Positions 22,445-31,330 of a stretch of DNA of 64,000 nt are shown one piece after another. Numbering within the stretch: position 1 is the stretch's first letter; every line of letters starts with the position of its first letter. Below the pieces are notes generated by a model, which was not told the origin of the DNA, searched no databases, and saw only the letters and a program-made list of their open reading frames with translations. Origin of the DNA: an uncultured Actinomycetes bacterium (GTDB lineage: Bacteria; Actinomycetota; Thermoleophilia; UBA2241); NCBI GenBank assembly GCA_963755025.1, contig CAVWIH010000020.1, forward strand, positions 1 through 64,000, written 5' to 3'. A program made the translations under genes and the position numbers.

Positions 22445-23281
22445 ATGAACCCCGTCGGACAGATCCAGCGCATCCATGGCATCGTCGGCCGCGCCGACGA
22501 GCTCTCGATGGCGCTCGCCGTGCTGCTCTGCGACCGCCATCTGCTGCTCGAGGGGCCCGTGGGCGTGGGCAAGACCACGGTCGCCCTGGCGGTGTGCGCC
22601 CACATCGGGCGCGGCGTCGTGCGCGTCGACGGCGACGACCGCTACTCCGAGAGCAAGCTCACCGGCTGGTTCGACCCGCCGCTCGTGCTGGCCAAGGGCT
22701 ACTGCGACGACACCTTCTTCGCCGGTCCGCTGGTGCAGGCCATGCGCGAGGGCTCCGTGCTGTTCGTCAACGAGCTCAACCGCATGCCCGAGGCCGTGCA
22801 GAACGTGCTGCTGCCGGCGCTCGACGAAGGCCTGCTCATCGTGCCGCGTATCGGCGAGGTGCGGGCCGCGCCGGGGTTTCAGGTGGTGGCCACGCAGAAC
22901 CCGGTCGAGTACATCGCCACCGGTCACCTCTCCGAGGCGCTGCTCGACCGCTTCGAACACGTCGGCCTCGACTACCAGAATGTCGACGAGGAGACCGAGA
23001 TCGTGCGCCGCGAGACCGGCTGCGACGACCTCGCCCTGGTCGACGCGGCGGTCGCCCTGACCCGCGCCACGCGCAGCGACCCGCGCTTTCGCAAGGGCGC
23101 CTCGGTGCGGGCCGCGATCGCCATGGTGGCGCTCGCCGTGCGCGCCGGCGGCGGCGACGACGCCCTGCGGCGCGCCGCCGGCGCGGCGCTGCCCACGCGT
23201 GTCGAGCTGCGCGACGCCACCGATTCGCCGCTGCCCGACGTGCTCGACGAACTCGTCGAGGACACCCGAAAAAAAGTCTGA
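22445..23281 (+). CDS. MoxR/CoxD-like AAA+ ATPase
   Basis: HLLLEGPVGVGKT (Walker A), LFVNELNR (Walker B variant), ATQNPVE, LSEALLDRF. Confidence 0.92.
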   Translation: MNPVGQIQRIHGIVGRADELSMALAVLLCDRHLLLEGPVGVGKTTVALAVCAHIGRGVVRVDGDDRYSESKLTGWFDPPLVLAKGYCDDTFFAGPLVQAMREGSVLFVNELNRMPEAVQNVLLPALDEGLLIVPRIGEVRAAPGFQVVATQNPVEYIATGHLSEALLDRFEHVGLDYQNVDEETEIVRRETGCDDLALVDAAVALTRATRSDPRFRKGASVRAAIAMVALAVRAGGGDDALRRAAGAALPTRVELRDATDSPLPDVLDELVEDTRKKV

Positions 23282-23307
23282 CGGCCGCCGCCGACGAGCG
23301 GCGGCCG
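23269..23307 (+). other. Candidate -1 programmed frameshift signal (A_AAA_AAA + 6 nt + 10-bp hairpin)
   Basis: A7 at 23269-23275; TGA 23279-23281; stem CGGCCGCCGC 23282-23291 pairs with GCGGCGGCCG 23298-23307. Confidence 0.7.
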
Positions 23308-24220
23308 GCCATCGTAGTGACGGCCGGCGCGCAGTCTTCGTACCTGTCGTCGCTGCGCCCCCCCGAGCCCCTCACCGACGCCGAGGCCCATATCGTGCTG
23401 GCCGAACGGCTGGGCGTGGCCCCCGACGCGGTCGACGGCTGGGCCGTGGCCACCAGGCTCACCGACTCGAGCCTCGCCCTGGGCCACCGCGAGCTCAAGG
23501 CCTACGCGCGCCGCATCGCCACCGCCGCCGTGCTGCGCCGCGCCTGGCGACTGGTGGGCCCCATCCGGCGCGCCACGCGACCGGTGCTCGCCGTCATGGA
23601 CGAGCCGTTTCACGGCGAGCTCGACGTCGACGCCACCCTCGAGAACGTGGCGGGCAAGCGCTTTCCGGAGCGCGAGGACTGGATCGTCGAGCTGCGCGAA
23701 GACCGCGAGCAGCAGCTCGTGCTCGATGATGGACGCCTCGCTGTCGATGGCCGGCGAGAACCTCGCCGTGGCGGCCGTCGCGGCCGCGGTGCTCGCCCTG
23801 AAGATGCGCCCCGAGGACCTGTCGGTCGTGGTCTTCGAAAGCGTGGCCCGCACCGTCAGCCACCTCGAGGAGCGCAACGACCCCGAAGAGATCGTGGCCC
23901 GGCTGCTGGGAGAGCCGGCGCGCGGCTACACCAACATCGAGGCCGCCCTGCGCTTGGGCGGCCGCGAGATCGCCCGCGGCCGCAACCCGAACAAGGCAGG
24001 CCTGCTGATCACCGACGGGGTGTGGACGGCCGGCGGCGACCCGGTGCCCGCCGCCGACGCCTTCCCGCGGCTGCACGTGCTGCTCACCGAGGACTACAAG
24101 ATGGACCCGGCGCTCTGCGAGCGCCTGGCCGGCATCGGCCGCGGCGAAGTCTTTCGCGTCAAGCACCACAGCGAGCTGCCCGGCAAGATGCTCGACATCG
24201 CCAACCGCGTACTGCGGTAG
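23275..24220 (+). CDS. VWA domain protein in the -1 frame of the AAA+ ORF; second frame break near 23725
   Basis: GELDVDATLE, MIDAS motif D.S.S (MDASLSM), GYTNIEAAL, LLITDG. Confidence 0.85.
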
Positions 24221-24303
24221 GCGCGGCGCCGGCCGGGCGAGCGCGGCGGGGAAGGGTAGAAGAAGCAGCACGTCAGCCACTGCCGCGACCGGAGGATGCG
24301 TTG

Positions 24304-24426
24304 ATGGACGACCCGTATGCGGAGCTGAAGGAGCACTTTGCCGGGAGCGACGACGTCACCGTCAACTCCGGCAAGGGCGCGCAAGGCATGAAGCTGGGCA
24401 AGAAGATGTTCGGATCGGCCGACTAG
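24304..24426 (+). pseudogene. Truncated small gene (TfoX-like N-terminal fragment)
   Basis: GGAGGA RBS, MDDPYAELKEHFAGSDDVTVNSGKGAQGMKLGKKMF, then runs into the 3' end of the opposing gene. Confidence 0.45.
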
Positions 24427-24938
24427 CAGTCGAACACCGACCAGCAGATCGCGTTGCGTAGCCGCTCGTCGTCGAGCACAAGGTCGCGGATCGCCTGAGG
24501 CAGCCGCTCGCGCTGCCAGCGACACTCCCGGCGACCGGCGCGATCGCCCTGGCCCTTTGGGGCGGCAGCCTGCGCCGCTTTGATGGCATAGGCGGCCGCA
24601 CCGAGCTCGTGGGCCGCCACGTGGGCGACCACCGCCGCCTGAGCGGCGGCGTAGGCCGCGTGCCGCGGCGCACCGGACAGGTCTCTGGCTGCGTCGTTGG
24701 CTCTGCCCGCCGCGGAGCGCGCCTGAGTCATGGTGACGTCGCCGCGTATCCAGGCCCGCGCCTGCGCGATCGCCTCGCGCGGTCGCGCGTCGGCGGGTCG
24801 CACCGCCTCGAACAGGGGCAGGACGTGCTCCGCGCAGTCGGCTGCCCACTCGGCCAGAAGGCGGTGATCGGCGTCTTGCAGCGTGCCGCCGCGGCGCACC
24901 GTGATGAACCTGGAATCGCGGACTTTGGGAAGGATCAC
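24423..24938 (-). CDS. Imm5-like putative immunity protein
   Basis: MILPKVRD.RFIT.RRGG.L.D.DHRLLA.WAADCAEHVL, AAQAAVVAHVAAH, ECRWQRERLP. Confidence 0.75.
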   Translation of the reverse strand: MILPKVRDSRFITVRRGGTLQDADHRLLAEWAADCAEHVLPLFEAVRPADARPREAIAQARAWIRGDVTMTQARSAAGRANDAARDLSGAPRHAAYAAAQAAVVAHVAAHELGAAAYAIKAAQAAAPKGQGDRAGRRECRWQRERLPQAIRDLVLDDERLRNAICWSVFDC

Positions 24939-24958
24939 GGCACGGATCGGGTCGTGAC

Positions 24959-25672
24959 TCAGTCCTGGACGGCGGCCTGGAGCGTAGGGATGTCGTCGCG
25001 AAGTACCTTGCCCGCGGTCCTGTGCGCGGTTGTCACTTCGGTCTGCCCACCAGACCCTGAGCTGTCTGAGTAGGCCCCGATGAACTCGGAGGGCAGCTTG
25101 ATCCCGACGCGAGTCGCGGCCGTCCGGAATGCCGCCAGCACGGCGCCGTTTGAGGGCCCCGGCGGACCGGCTGCGAGCTTCGCCATGAGCTCCCGCGTCG
25201 GACGGTTCGCTCTGATGGCGGCGAGGACCCCTTCGGCCCACAGTGTGCCTTTGCGGTTGTTCGCGAGGAGTGCCAGGTGGGCGGTCCGAAAGGCTGCGGG
25301 CGGCGTGATCGCCTCGTAGCCTTGAATGATCCTCTGCTCCTGGGGGATCGCCAGCCCCAATATCGCGCCAAAGGCATGCCAGGCTCGCCGGTCGGTAGAC
25401 AGGTCGGCGTTGCCGTAGCTCTGCTGCCACCGCGTCATGGCCCGGTTGAAGCGCTGCATGCCGTGGTAGTCGAGCTTGATGGTGGGAGCCATCGCGGCGA
25501 AGTACGCCTTGGCGGCAGCGGTGCCGGCCGGCGCCGGGGGGTTCGCCGCCGCACCGGCTGGGCTGCCCGTGGCCTTGCTCGGCGATGAGGCGCCGCAGCC
25601 GACCAACGGCATGACGGCCAGCGTCAGGGCGAGCCCTACGGCGACTCTGATGACCTTCCGTCTCGACTCCAC
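24959..25672 (-). CDS. Hypothetical lipoprotein
   Basis: GGAGG RBS, signal peptide with lipobox LVG-C, Ala/Pro linker. Confidence 0.7.
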   Translation of the reverse strand: MESRRKVIRVAVGLALTLAVMPLVGCGASSPSKATGSPAGAAANPPAPAGTAAAKAYFAAMAPTIKLDYHGMQRFNRAMTRWQQSYGNADLSTDRRAWHAFGAILGLAIPQEQRIIQGYEAITPPAAFRTAHLALLANNRKGTLWAEGVLAAIRANRPTRELMAKLAAGPPGPSNGAVLAAFRTAATRVGIKLPSEFIGAYSDSSGSGGQTEVTTAHRTAGKVLRDDIPTLQAAVQD

Positions 25673-25800
25673 TTGACCGCCTCCCGGCTGATCTCGCCCA
25701 GCCCCCAGTAGCCCTGAATGACTCTCTCTCCTAAGGAGAATCGGCGACAGCCTACGCTTTCGTGAGTACCGGCGGGAAGGGAGCGGACGGCCGCTCCTTG

Positions 25801-25855
25801 CTCACAGTCGCGCCATACCCGTCTCATACATGCTTCACAGTCTCGGTGGTACAGT
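25801..25855 (+). promoter_or_regulatory. Four 11-bp-phased direct repeats plus extended -10 (candidate OmpR/PhoB-family operator)
   Basis: CTCACAG 25801, GCCATAC 25812, CTCATAC 25823, TTCACAG 25834; TGgTACAGT ending 25855. Confidence 0.55.
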
Positions 25856-25914
25856 ACGGATAGACGCCCTGATCTGCCTGAGCGTCCAGTAGTCTCAAAC
25901 CGAGGAGGCGCTAC

Positions 25915-26808
25915 ATGGGGTGGATAGTGGGGGCCGTCGCGGCTATCGTCGTGATCTTCGTCATCGCGACGATCCTGTCCGGCATCCGCATCGTCCGGCC
26001 GACCCACCGTGGACTCGTGGAACGGCTGGGCAAGTACAACCGCTACGCCGACCCGGGGATCCACCTGACGATCCCCTACGGCATAGAGCGCATGTACCAG
26101 GTCGACATTCGTGAGGTCCTGGTCGAAGCGCAACCGCAGACCATCATCACCAACGATAACCTGAACGCCAAGGTCGACGCGCAGGTCTACCTCAAGGTCA
26201 AGGCCGACGAAGAGAACGTCAAGGCCTCGATCTACAACGTCACCAACTACGAGCTGCAGATCGTCAACCTCTCGCGCACCACGCTGCGCAACATCATCGG
26301 CACGATGACCCTGAAATCGGCCAACTCCGAGCGCGGCAAGATCAACGAGGAGCTGCGCGGCACGCTCAAGTCCGAGACGGCCAGCTGGGGCATCGAGATC
26401 CTGCGCACAGAGCTCAAAGAGATCGACCCGCCGCCCGACGTGCAGGAGACCATGAACAAGGTCGTGAAGGCCGAGAACGAGAAGATCGCGGCCGTCGACT
26501 TCGCCACCGCGACCGAGACGCAGGCCGACGGCCAGCGGCGCGCCGAGATCAAAAAAGCCGAGGGCATCCGCCAGGCGAAGATCCTCGAGGCCCAGGGCGA
26601 GGCGCAGGCCATCCAGCTCGTCAACGAGGCCGCCGACAAGTACTTCGTGGGCAACGCCCAGATGCTGCGCAAGCTCGAAGCCGTCGAGCGCGCGCTCTAC
26701 CAGAACAGCAAGATCGTGGTGCCGGGCGACACACAGCTCGTCAACGTGATCGGCGACCTCGGTGGCCTCGTGCCCATGAACACCGACGCCAGCAGCAACG
26801 GCAAGTAA
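25915..26808 (+). CDS. SPFH/band-7 (stomatin/QmcA-like) membrane protein
   Basis: TM, GLVERLGKY, ITNDN..AKVDA, TTLRNIIG, WGIEILR.ELKEIDPP; GAGGAGG RBS. Confidence 0.92.
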   Translation: MGWIVGAVAAIVVIFVIATILSGIRIVRPTHRGLVERLGKYNRYADPGIHLTIPYGIERMYQVDIREVLVEAQPQTIITNDNLNAKVDAQVYLKVKADEENVKASIYNVTNYELQIVNLSRTTLRNIIGTMTLKSANSERGKINEELRGTLKSETASWGIEILRTELKEIDPPPDVQETMNKVVKAENEKIAAVDFATATETQADGQRRAEIKKAEGIRQAKILEAQGEAQAIQLVNEAADKYFVGNAQMLRKLEAVERALYQNSKIVVPGDTQLVNVIGDLGGLVPMNTDASSNGK

Positions 26809-26815
26809 GCGCGTT

Positions 26816-26903
26816 GCGGCGACCGCGGCCCCAGGGCCGCGGTCGCCGCGAACCTGAGAACGGCAACGGGGCGGGCGCCGCAAGGCGCCCGCCCCGTTGC
26901 CGT
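26816..26903. terminator. Twin perfect hairpins between convergent genes
   Basis: 15-bp stem 26816-26849; 20-bp stem with GCAA loop 26860-26903. Confidence 0.75.
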
Positions 26904-26946
26904 GACGCTGCGAGGCCGGCTCGCGTGCCTGCGGCGGTAAACGACG

Positions 26947-27333
26947 CTAGCGGCGCGGCGCCGCCGGCGCCTTCGGCGGTCGCGGCCTCTTGACCTTGGG
27001 CGGCAGGGTGTGAGCGTTCGCCAGCGCCCGCGCGACCCACGCCTCGAGCGCCGCCTGATCGGCCAGCATGGCTGGCGGCACGCAGACGTACTCGCGCATG
27101 GGGCGGCCCGGCATGGGCTCGAACTGGCGCGCGCCGGCGACGGCGAGCAGCGCGGCGCGATCGTCGGCCGAGAGCCTCACGAACAGGTCTTCCTGGTGGA
27201 TGCCGGCGAACATGTTGCCCCCCAGGAACAGGCAGGGGCAGCCGAACATGCGCCGCAGCTCGGCGTCGGGGTCGTCGGGCACGAGGCTCAAGAAGAGATC
27301 GACGTGCTCGTCGGACGGTCTGCGCCATTTCAT
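26947..27333 (-). CDS. TfoX N-terminal domain protein
   Basis: RRMFGCPCLFLGGNMFAG, FEPMPGRPMREYV, LPPK. Confidence 0.85.
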   Translation of the reverse strand: MKWRRPSDEHVDLFLSLVPDDPDAELRRMFGCPCLFLGGNMFAGIHQEDLFVRLSADDRAALLAVAGARQFEPMPGRPMREYVCVPPAMLADQAALEAWVARALANAHTLPPKVKRPRPPKAPAAPRR

Positions 27334-27348
27334 CACCGTCTTCCCCCT

Positions 27349-28071
27349 CTACGACGAACGCACGCGCCCGAACGGGCAGGCGGCTACGCAGAGCCCGCAG
27401 GTGTGGTGGGCCTGCGGTCCGAGCGCTTCCATGCTGCGCCAGCAGGCGGCGGCGTCGAACAGGAGGTCGCGGTCCATGCCGGCGTGCCAGGTCACGTCGC
27501 GTCCGGCGCCGGCGGGGCAGGCGTCGAGGCAGCTGTGACAGCTGCCGCAACGGCCCTCGGTGACCGGCACGCCGACCGCGAGGTCGAGATCGGTGAACAC
27601 GGTGGCCAGGCGCACCTTGGGGCCGGCCTCGGGCGAGACGAACAGCCCCGTCTTGCCGATCCAGCCCAGGCCGGCGCTCGTGGCGGCCGTCTTGTGGGCG
27701 AACACGCCGGCCGCCATCCAGTCGCCCGTGGCGGGCGTCTCTTCGTAGATGGTGGCGGCGGCGCCGGCCGCCGCGCTGCCGCGCTTGTGCAAGGCGGCGA
27801 CGAGAGCGTCGACGGCCGTGTCGAGCACGCCGTTGAGGCGGCGGTATTCGGCGCGGTAGGCGGTCGGGTCGCCGGCCTCGAGTCGGGTGAGGGCGTGGGC
27901 GTCGACGCGCGCCAGGAGCGAGATCGCCAGGGGCAGGTCGGGGGCCAGCGCAAAACCGGGAGTCAGCGCTATGCCCGGCGCCGTGGCGGCTACGCCCCAC
28001 AGGTCGATGCCGACGCCGCTCAGCACGTCGTCGACGAGCTTCCGGTTGTTGTCGCGTTCACCGGTCGGCAC
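27349..28071 (-). CDS. QueG-like (epoxyqueuosine reductase-like) 4Fe-4S protein
   Basis: HKTAATSAGLGWIGK, GPKVRLATVFTD, CGSCHSCLDACP, CGLCVAACP. Confidence 0.8.
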   Translation of the reverse strand: MPTGERDNNRKLVDDVLSGVGIDLWGVAATAPGIALTPGFALAPDLPLAISLLARVDAHALTRLEAGDPTAYRAEYRRLNGVLDTAVDALVAALHKRGSAAAGAAATIYEETPATGDWMAAGVFAHKTAATSAGLGWIGKTGLFVSPEAGPKVRLATVFTDLDLAVGVPVTEGRCGSCHSCLDACPAGAGRDVTWHAGMDRDLLFDAAACWRSMEALGPQAHHTCGLCVAACPFGRVRSS

Positions 28072-28258
28072 GACTCCCCCTCCCCTCGACCAAGGCCAGT
28101 CTACACCGCAGGAACACCGGCACGGCGCTGGCGCCGTGCGGCGTTGTCGCGCGGCGGGCGACCGCTTTCGCCCAGTCGTGCGCGCGTCGGCGACCGCTTG
28201 CGCGCAACGATTCGCGCGGCCGGCGAAATTGCGCCCAGTCGTTCACGCGTCGGCGGCC

Positions 28259-28284
28259 GTTTTCGGCCAGGCGCCGGCGGGTAC
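28259..28284 (+). promoter_or_regulatory. SigB/SigF-type promoter GTTT-N16-GGGTAC
   Basis: Matches the stress-sigma consensus upstream of small ORF 28326. Confidence 0.55.
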
Positions 28285-28325
28285 TAAAAAGATACTAACC
28301 ATCCGCAATCGAAATGAGGGTCGGC

Positions 28326-28403
28326 ATGGGCAACCTCGTGGTCACGAGCTACGTGTCCCGCCGTCGCCGCGACGAGCGCAGGCGCGATCGCATGGCACGC
28401 TAG
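28326..28403 (+). CDS. Candidate 25-aa Arg-rich small protein MGNLVVTSYVSRRRRDERRRDRMAR
   Basis: GAGGG RBS, ATG..TAG, upstream promoter, downstream hairpins; too short for the ORF track. Confidence 0.5.
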   Translation: MGNLVVTSYVSRRRRDERRRDRMAR

Positions 28404-28449
28404 AGACCTAGGCACCCAAGCGGCGCCGGGGCAACCACCCGGCACGTAG

Positions 28450-28496
28450 CGACGGGGCGGCGGCACTCTCCCGACGAGAGGGCCGCCGCCCCGTCG
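28450..28496. terminator. Long GC hairpin between the small ORF and convergent copA
   Basis: CGACGGGGCGGCGGC pairs with GCCGCCGCCCCGTCG. Confidence 0.6.
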
Positions 28497-28578
28497 GCGT
28501 TGCGAACGCTGCGGGCGCTGTCGGCGTGCCGCTCAGGTCGCTTGCGCGGGCCGGGCTCAGCCCGGGTCACCCGCTGCC

Positions 28579-31125
28579 TCAAGCGGCGCGAAAGCGCCTC
28601 AGGCGCAGGCTGTTGGTGACCACGGTCACGCTCGACAGGCCCATGGCCGCGGCGGCGAAGATGGGGTTCAGCAAGATGCCGAACGGCGGATAGAGGATGC
28701 CGGCAGCGATGGGGATCAGGGCGGCGTTGTAGGCGAAGGCCCAGAACAGGTTCTGCTTGATCGTGCGCATGGTGGCGCGTGACAGGGCGATGGCGGTGAC
28801 CACGCCCTGCAGGTCGCCCGAGACGAGCGTCACGTCGCTCGCCTCGATGGCCACGTCGGCGCCTGTGCCGATGGCGATGCCGATGTCGGCCTGCGCCAGG
28901 GCGGGGGCGTCGTTCACGCCGTCGCCCACCATGGCCACTCGCGTGCCGCCGGCCTGCAGGCGGACGACCTCGGCGGCCTTGCCGTCGGGCAGCACGCCGG
29001 CCACGACCTCGTCGAGGCCGACCTGGGCGGCGATCGCCTGGGCGGTCTCGCGGCGGTCGCCGGTCACCATCACCACGCGCAGACCGAGCTCGTGCAGGCG
29101 CGCTATGGCGGGGCCGGCGCCGGGTTTGACCGGGTCGGCGATGCCGACCAGGCCGGCCGGCCGGCCGTCGATGGTGACCCACACCGCCGTCTTGCCGGCC
29201 GCCGCCAGCGCGGCCGCTGTAGCGTCGGATGCGTCGCCGTCGCCCCGCGCCGTCAGCCGCTCGTTGCCGACCAGCACCTCGTGGCCCTCGACGACGGCGC
29301 GCACGCCACGGCCGGGGGTGGCGGCGAACTCGCTCGCCTCGGGAACGGTCAGGCCGCGCTGCGTCGCGGCCCGCGCGACGGCGGCGGCCAGCGGGTGCTC
29401 GGAGCCGCGCTCGGCCGCCGCGACCAGGCGCAGCAGCTCATCGGGCGTCGTGAAGCCGTCGTGCTCGCCCGACTCGGATCGGCCGGCGGAGGCGCCGTGC
29501 CTTGTGTCGTCGGCGTCTGCCGGCAAGACGTCGGTCACGGCCGGGCGGCCCTCGGTGATCGTGCCGGTCTTGTCGAGCACGATCGTGCGCACGGTATGGG
29601 CCGTCTCGAGCGAGGCGCCGTCGCGGATGAGCACGCCGTTCTGGGCGCCCTTGCCGGTGCCCACCATGACGGCCGTCGGCGTCGCGAGGCCGAGGGCGCA
29701 GGGACAGGCGATGACCAGCACGGCGATGGCGTTGACCAGGGCGTAGTTCACGGCGGGCTGGGGTCCGGCCAGCAGCCACACCACGAACGTCGCCGCGGCG
29801 ATCACCATGACGGCCGGCACGAACCAGCTCGCGATCAGGTCGGCGAGGCGGGCGATCGGCGGCCGCGCCCCTTGGGCCTGTTCGACCAGGCGCACGATCT
29901 GGGCGAGCGCCGTCTCGGAGCCGACGCGCGTGGCGCGGAAGGTGAACGTGCCGGTCGTGTTCAGCGTGGAGCCGATGACCTCGTCGCCGGCCTGCTTGAC
30001 GACCGGCAGCGCCTCGCCGGTGAGCATGGCCTCGTCGATGGCCGAGGAGCCGTCGACGACGATGCCGTCGACCGGCACCTTCTCACCGGGGCGCACGCGC
30101 ACGAGGTCGTCGCGCACGACCTGGGCGATGGGCACGTCGAGCTCGACGCCGTCGCGCACCACACGCGCCGTGCGCGGCTGCAGGCCGATCAGCGTGCGGA
30201 TGGCCTCGCCGGTCTGGCCCTTGGCGCGCGCCTCGAACAGGCGGCCCAGCAGGATGAGGGTGATGATGAGCGCGGCCGAGTCGAAGTACATGGGCGTGCC
30301 CAGGCCGTGGTGGTCGAAGAAGCCGGGAAAGAGGACGCCGGCGGCGCTGTAGAAGTAGGCCGCCGACGAGCCCAGCGCGACCAGCGTGTCCATGGTCGTG
30401 CCGCCGTGACGGGCCGCGGCCAGGGCGGCGCGGTAGAACTGGCGCCCCACCCAGAACTGCACCGGCGTGGCCAGCGCCCACAGCACCCAGCCGTTGGTGA
30501 GAACGGCGGGCACGAAGGCAAAGCCCATGCTGCCCAGGAAGACGAGCGTCGACAGCACCGCGCCCACGACGACCTTGCGGCGCAGGCGCAGGTAGGCGGC
30601 GCGGCGGGCGAGGGCGCCGGGATCGGCGCCCTCGCCCGCCGCGCCCTCGTCTGAGGCGCCGCCCGGGAGCGCGCCGGCGGCCGTGCGGCGGGCCGGCTCG
30701 GCTACTGTATAGCCGGCCCGCCGCACGGCCGCCACCAGCTCGTCGCGGCTCGTCTGGCCGGCCAGGTACTCCACCGTGGCCTTCTCGGTGGCGAGATTGA
30801 CGTCGGCGCGCAGCACGCCGGGCACGTTGCGCAGGGCCTTTTCGTTGCGTCCCACGCAGCTCGCGCAGGTCATGCCCTCGATCTGCAGCGTCTCGGTCGC
30901 CGACGGCACCTCGTAGCCCGCCTGCTCGATGGTCGCCGTCAGGCGGCCCACCTCGACCTGGCCCGGGTCGAAGGTCACGGTGGCCTTCTCGGTGGCGAAG
31001 TTGACGTTGGCCTCGCTCACGCCTGCCAGGCGGCGCAGCGCCTTCTCGTTGCGCGCCACGCAGCTCGCGCAGGTCATGCCCGCGATCGGGATCTCGACCG
31101 TCGTCTGCTTGTCCGCCACTGCCAC
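28579..31125 (-). CDS. copA: Copper-exporting P1B-1 ATPase with two HMA domains
   Basis: 2x [50 protein letters not shown]. Confidence 0.96.
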   Translation of the reverse strand: MAVADKQTTVEIPIAGMTCASCVARNEKALRRLAGVSEANVNFATEKATVTFDPGQVEVGRLTATIEQAGYEVPSATETLQIEGMTCASCVGRNEKALRNVPGVLRADVNLATEKATVEYLAGQTSRDELVAAVRRAGYTVAEPARRTAAGALPGGASDEGAAGEGADPGALARRAAYLRLRRKVVVGAVLSTLVFLGSMGFAFVPAVLTNGWVLWALATPVQFWVGRQFYRAALAAARHGGTTMDTLVALGSSAAYFYSAAGVLFPGFFDHHGLGTPMYFDSAALIITLILLGRLFEARAKGQTGEAIRTLIGLQPRTARVVRDGVELDVPIAQVVRDDLVRVRPGEKVPVDGIVVDGSSAIDEAMLTGEALPVVKQAGDEVIGSTLNTTGTFTFRATRVGSETALAQIVRLVEQAQGARPPIARLADLIASWFVPAVMVIAAATFVVWLLAGPQPAVNYALVNAIAVLVIACPCALGLATPTAVMVGTGKGAQNGVLIRDGASLETAHTVRTIVLDKTGTITEGRPAVTDVLPADADDTRHGASAGRSESGEHDGFTTPDELLRLVAAAERGSEHPLAAAVARAATQRGLTVPEASEFAATPGRGVRAVVEGHEVLVGNERLTARGDGDASDATAAALAAAGKTAVWVTIDGRPAGLVGIADPVKPGAGPAIARLHELGLRVVMVTGDRRETAQAIAAQVGLDEVVAGVLPDGKAAEVVRLQAGGTRVAMVGDGVNDAPALAQADIGIAIGTGADVAIEASDVTLVSGDLQGVVTAIALSRATMRTIKQNLFWAFAYNAALIPIAAGILYPPFGILLNPIFAAAAMGLSSVTVVTNSLRLRRFRAA

Positions 31126-31171
31126 TGCCTTTGTCGATCCGCGCCGTCGGGGGCTGCCGACGCTCCTTCAC

Positions 31172-31192
31172 ATACCCCTGACCGTATCATAC
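31172..31192 (-). promoter_or_regulatory. CsoR-like operator overlapping the copA -10 (TATGAT)
   Basis: Minus strand TATGATACGGTCAGGGGTATG: ATAC..GGGGTAT pseudo-palindrome typical of CsoR sites. Confidence 0.6.
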
Positions 31193-31330
31193 CCGACCAG
31201 AATCATCGGCTATGGCGCGGCGGGCTGCCCAGGGTCGCGCCGCAGGCGGGCGAAGCGGTACACTTCGCTCGGCCGTGAGCCCGCCGCGACACTGCGGCGC
31301 GGGCCGCCGGCGGCCGGCAAGGAGCTACCC

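Noticed and set aside
23720-23730. Second frame break in the VWA gene as programmed recoding
   Set aside because: No slippery run or structure; it splits the strand leading into the MIDAS motif and looks like a one-base insertion error.
26550-26557. C_AAA_AAA_G in the SPFH gene as a frameshift site
   Set aside because: The zero frame continues as conserved protein, with no adjacent stop, strong hairpin or meaningful -1 product.
28285-28330. GATACTAACCATCCGC resembling the start of a c-di-GMP-I/GEMM riboswitch
   Set aside because: The GNRA-capped P2 stem and downstream conserved elements are missing; promoter plus small ORF explains the region better.
20902-28500. Integrative element at tRNA-Leu
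   Set aside because: No integrase, and no duplicate of the tRNA 3' end was seen downstream.
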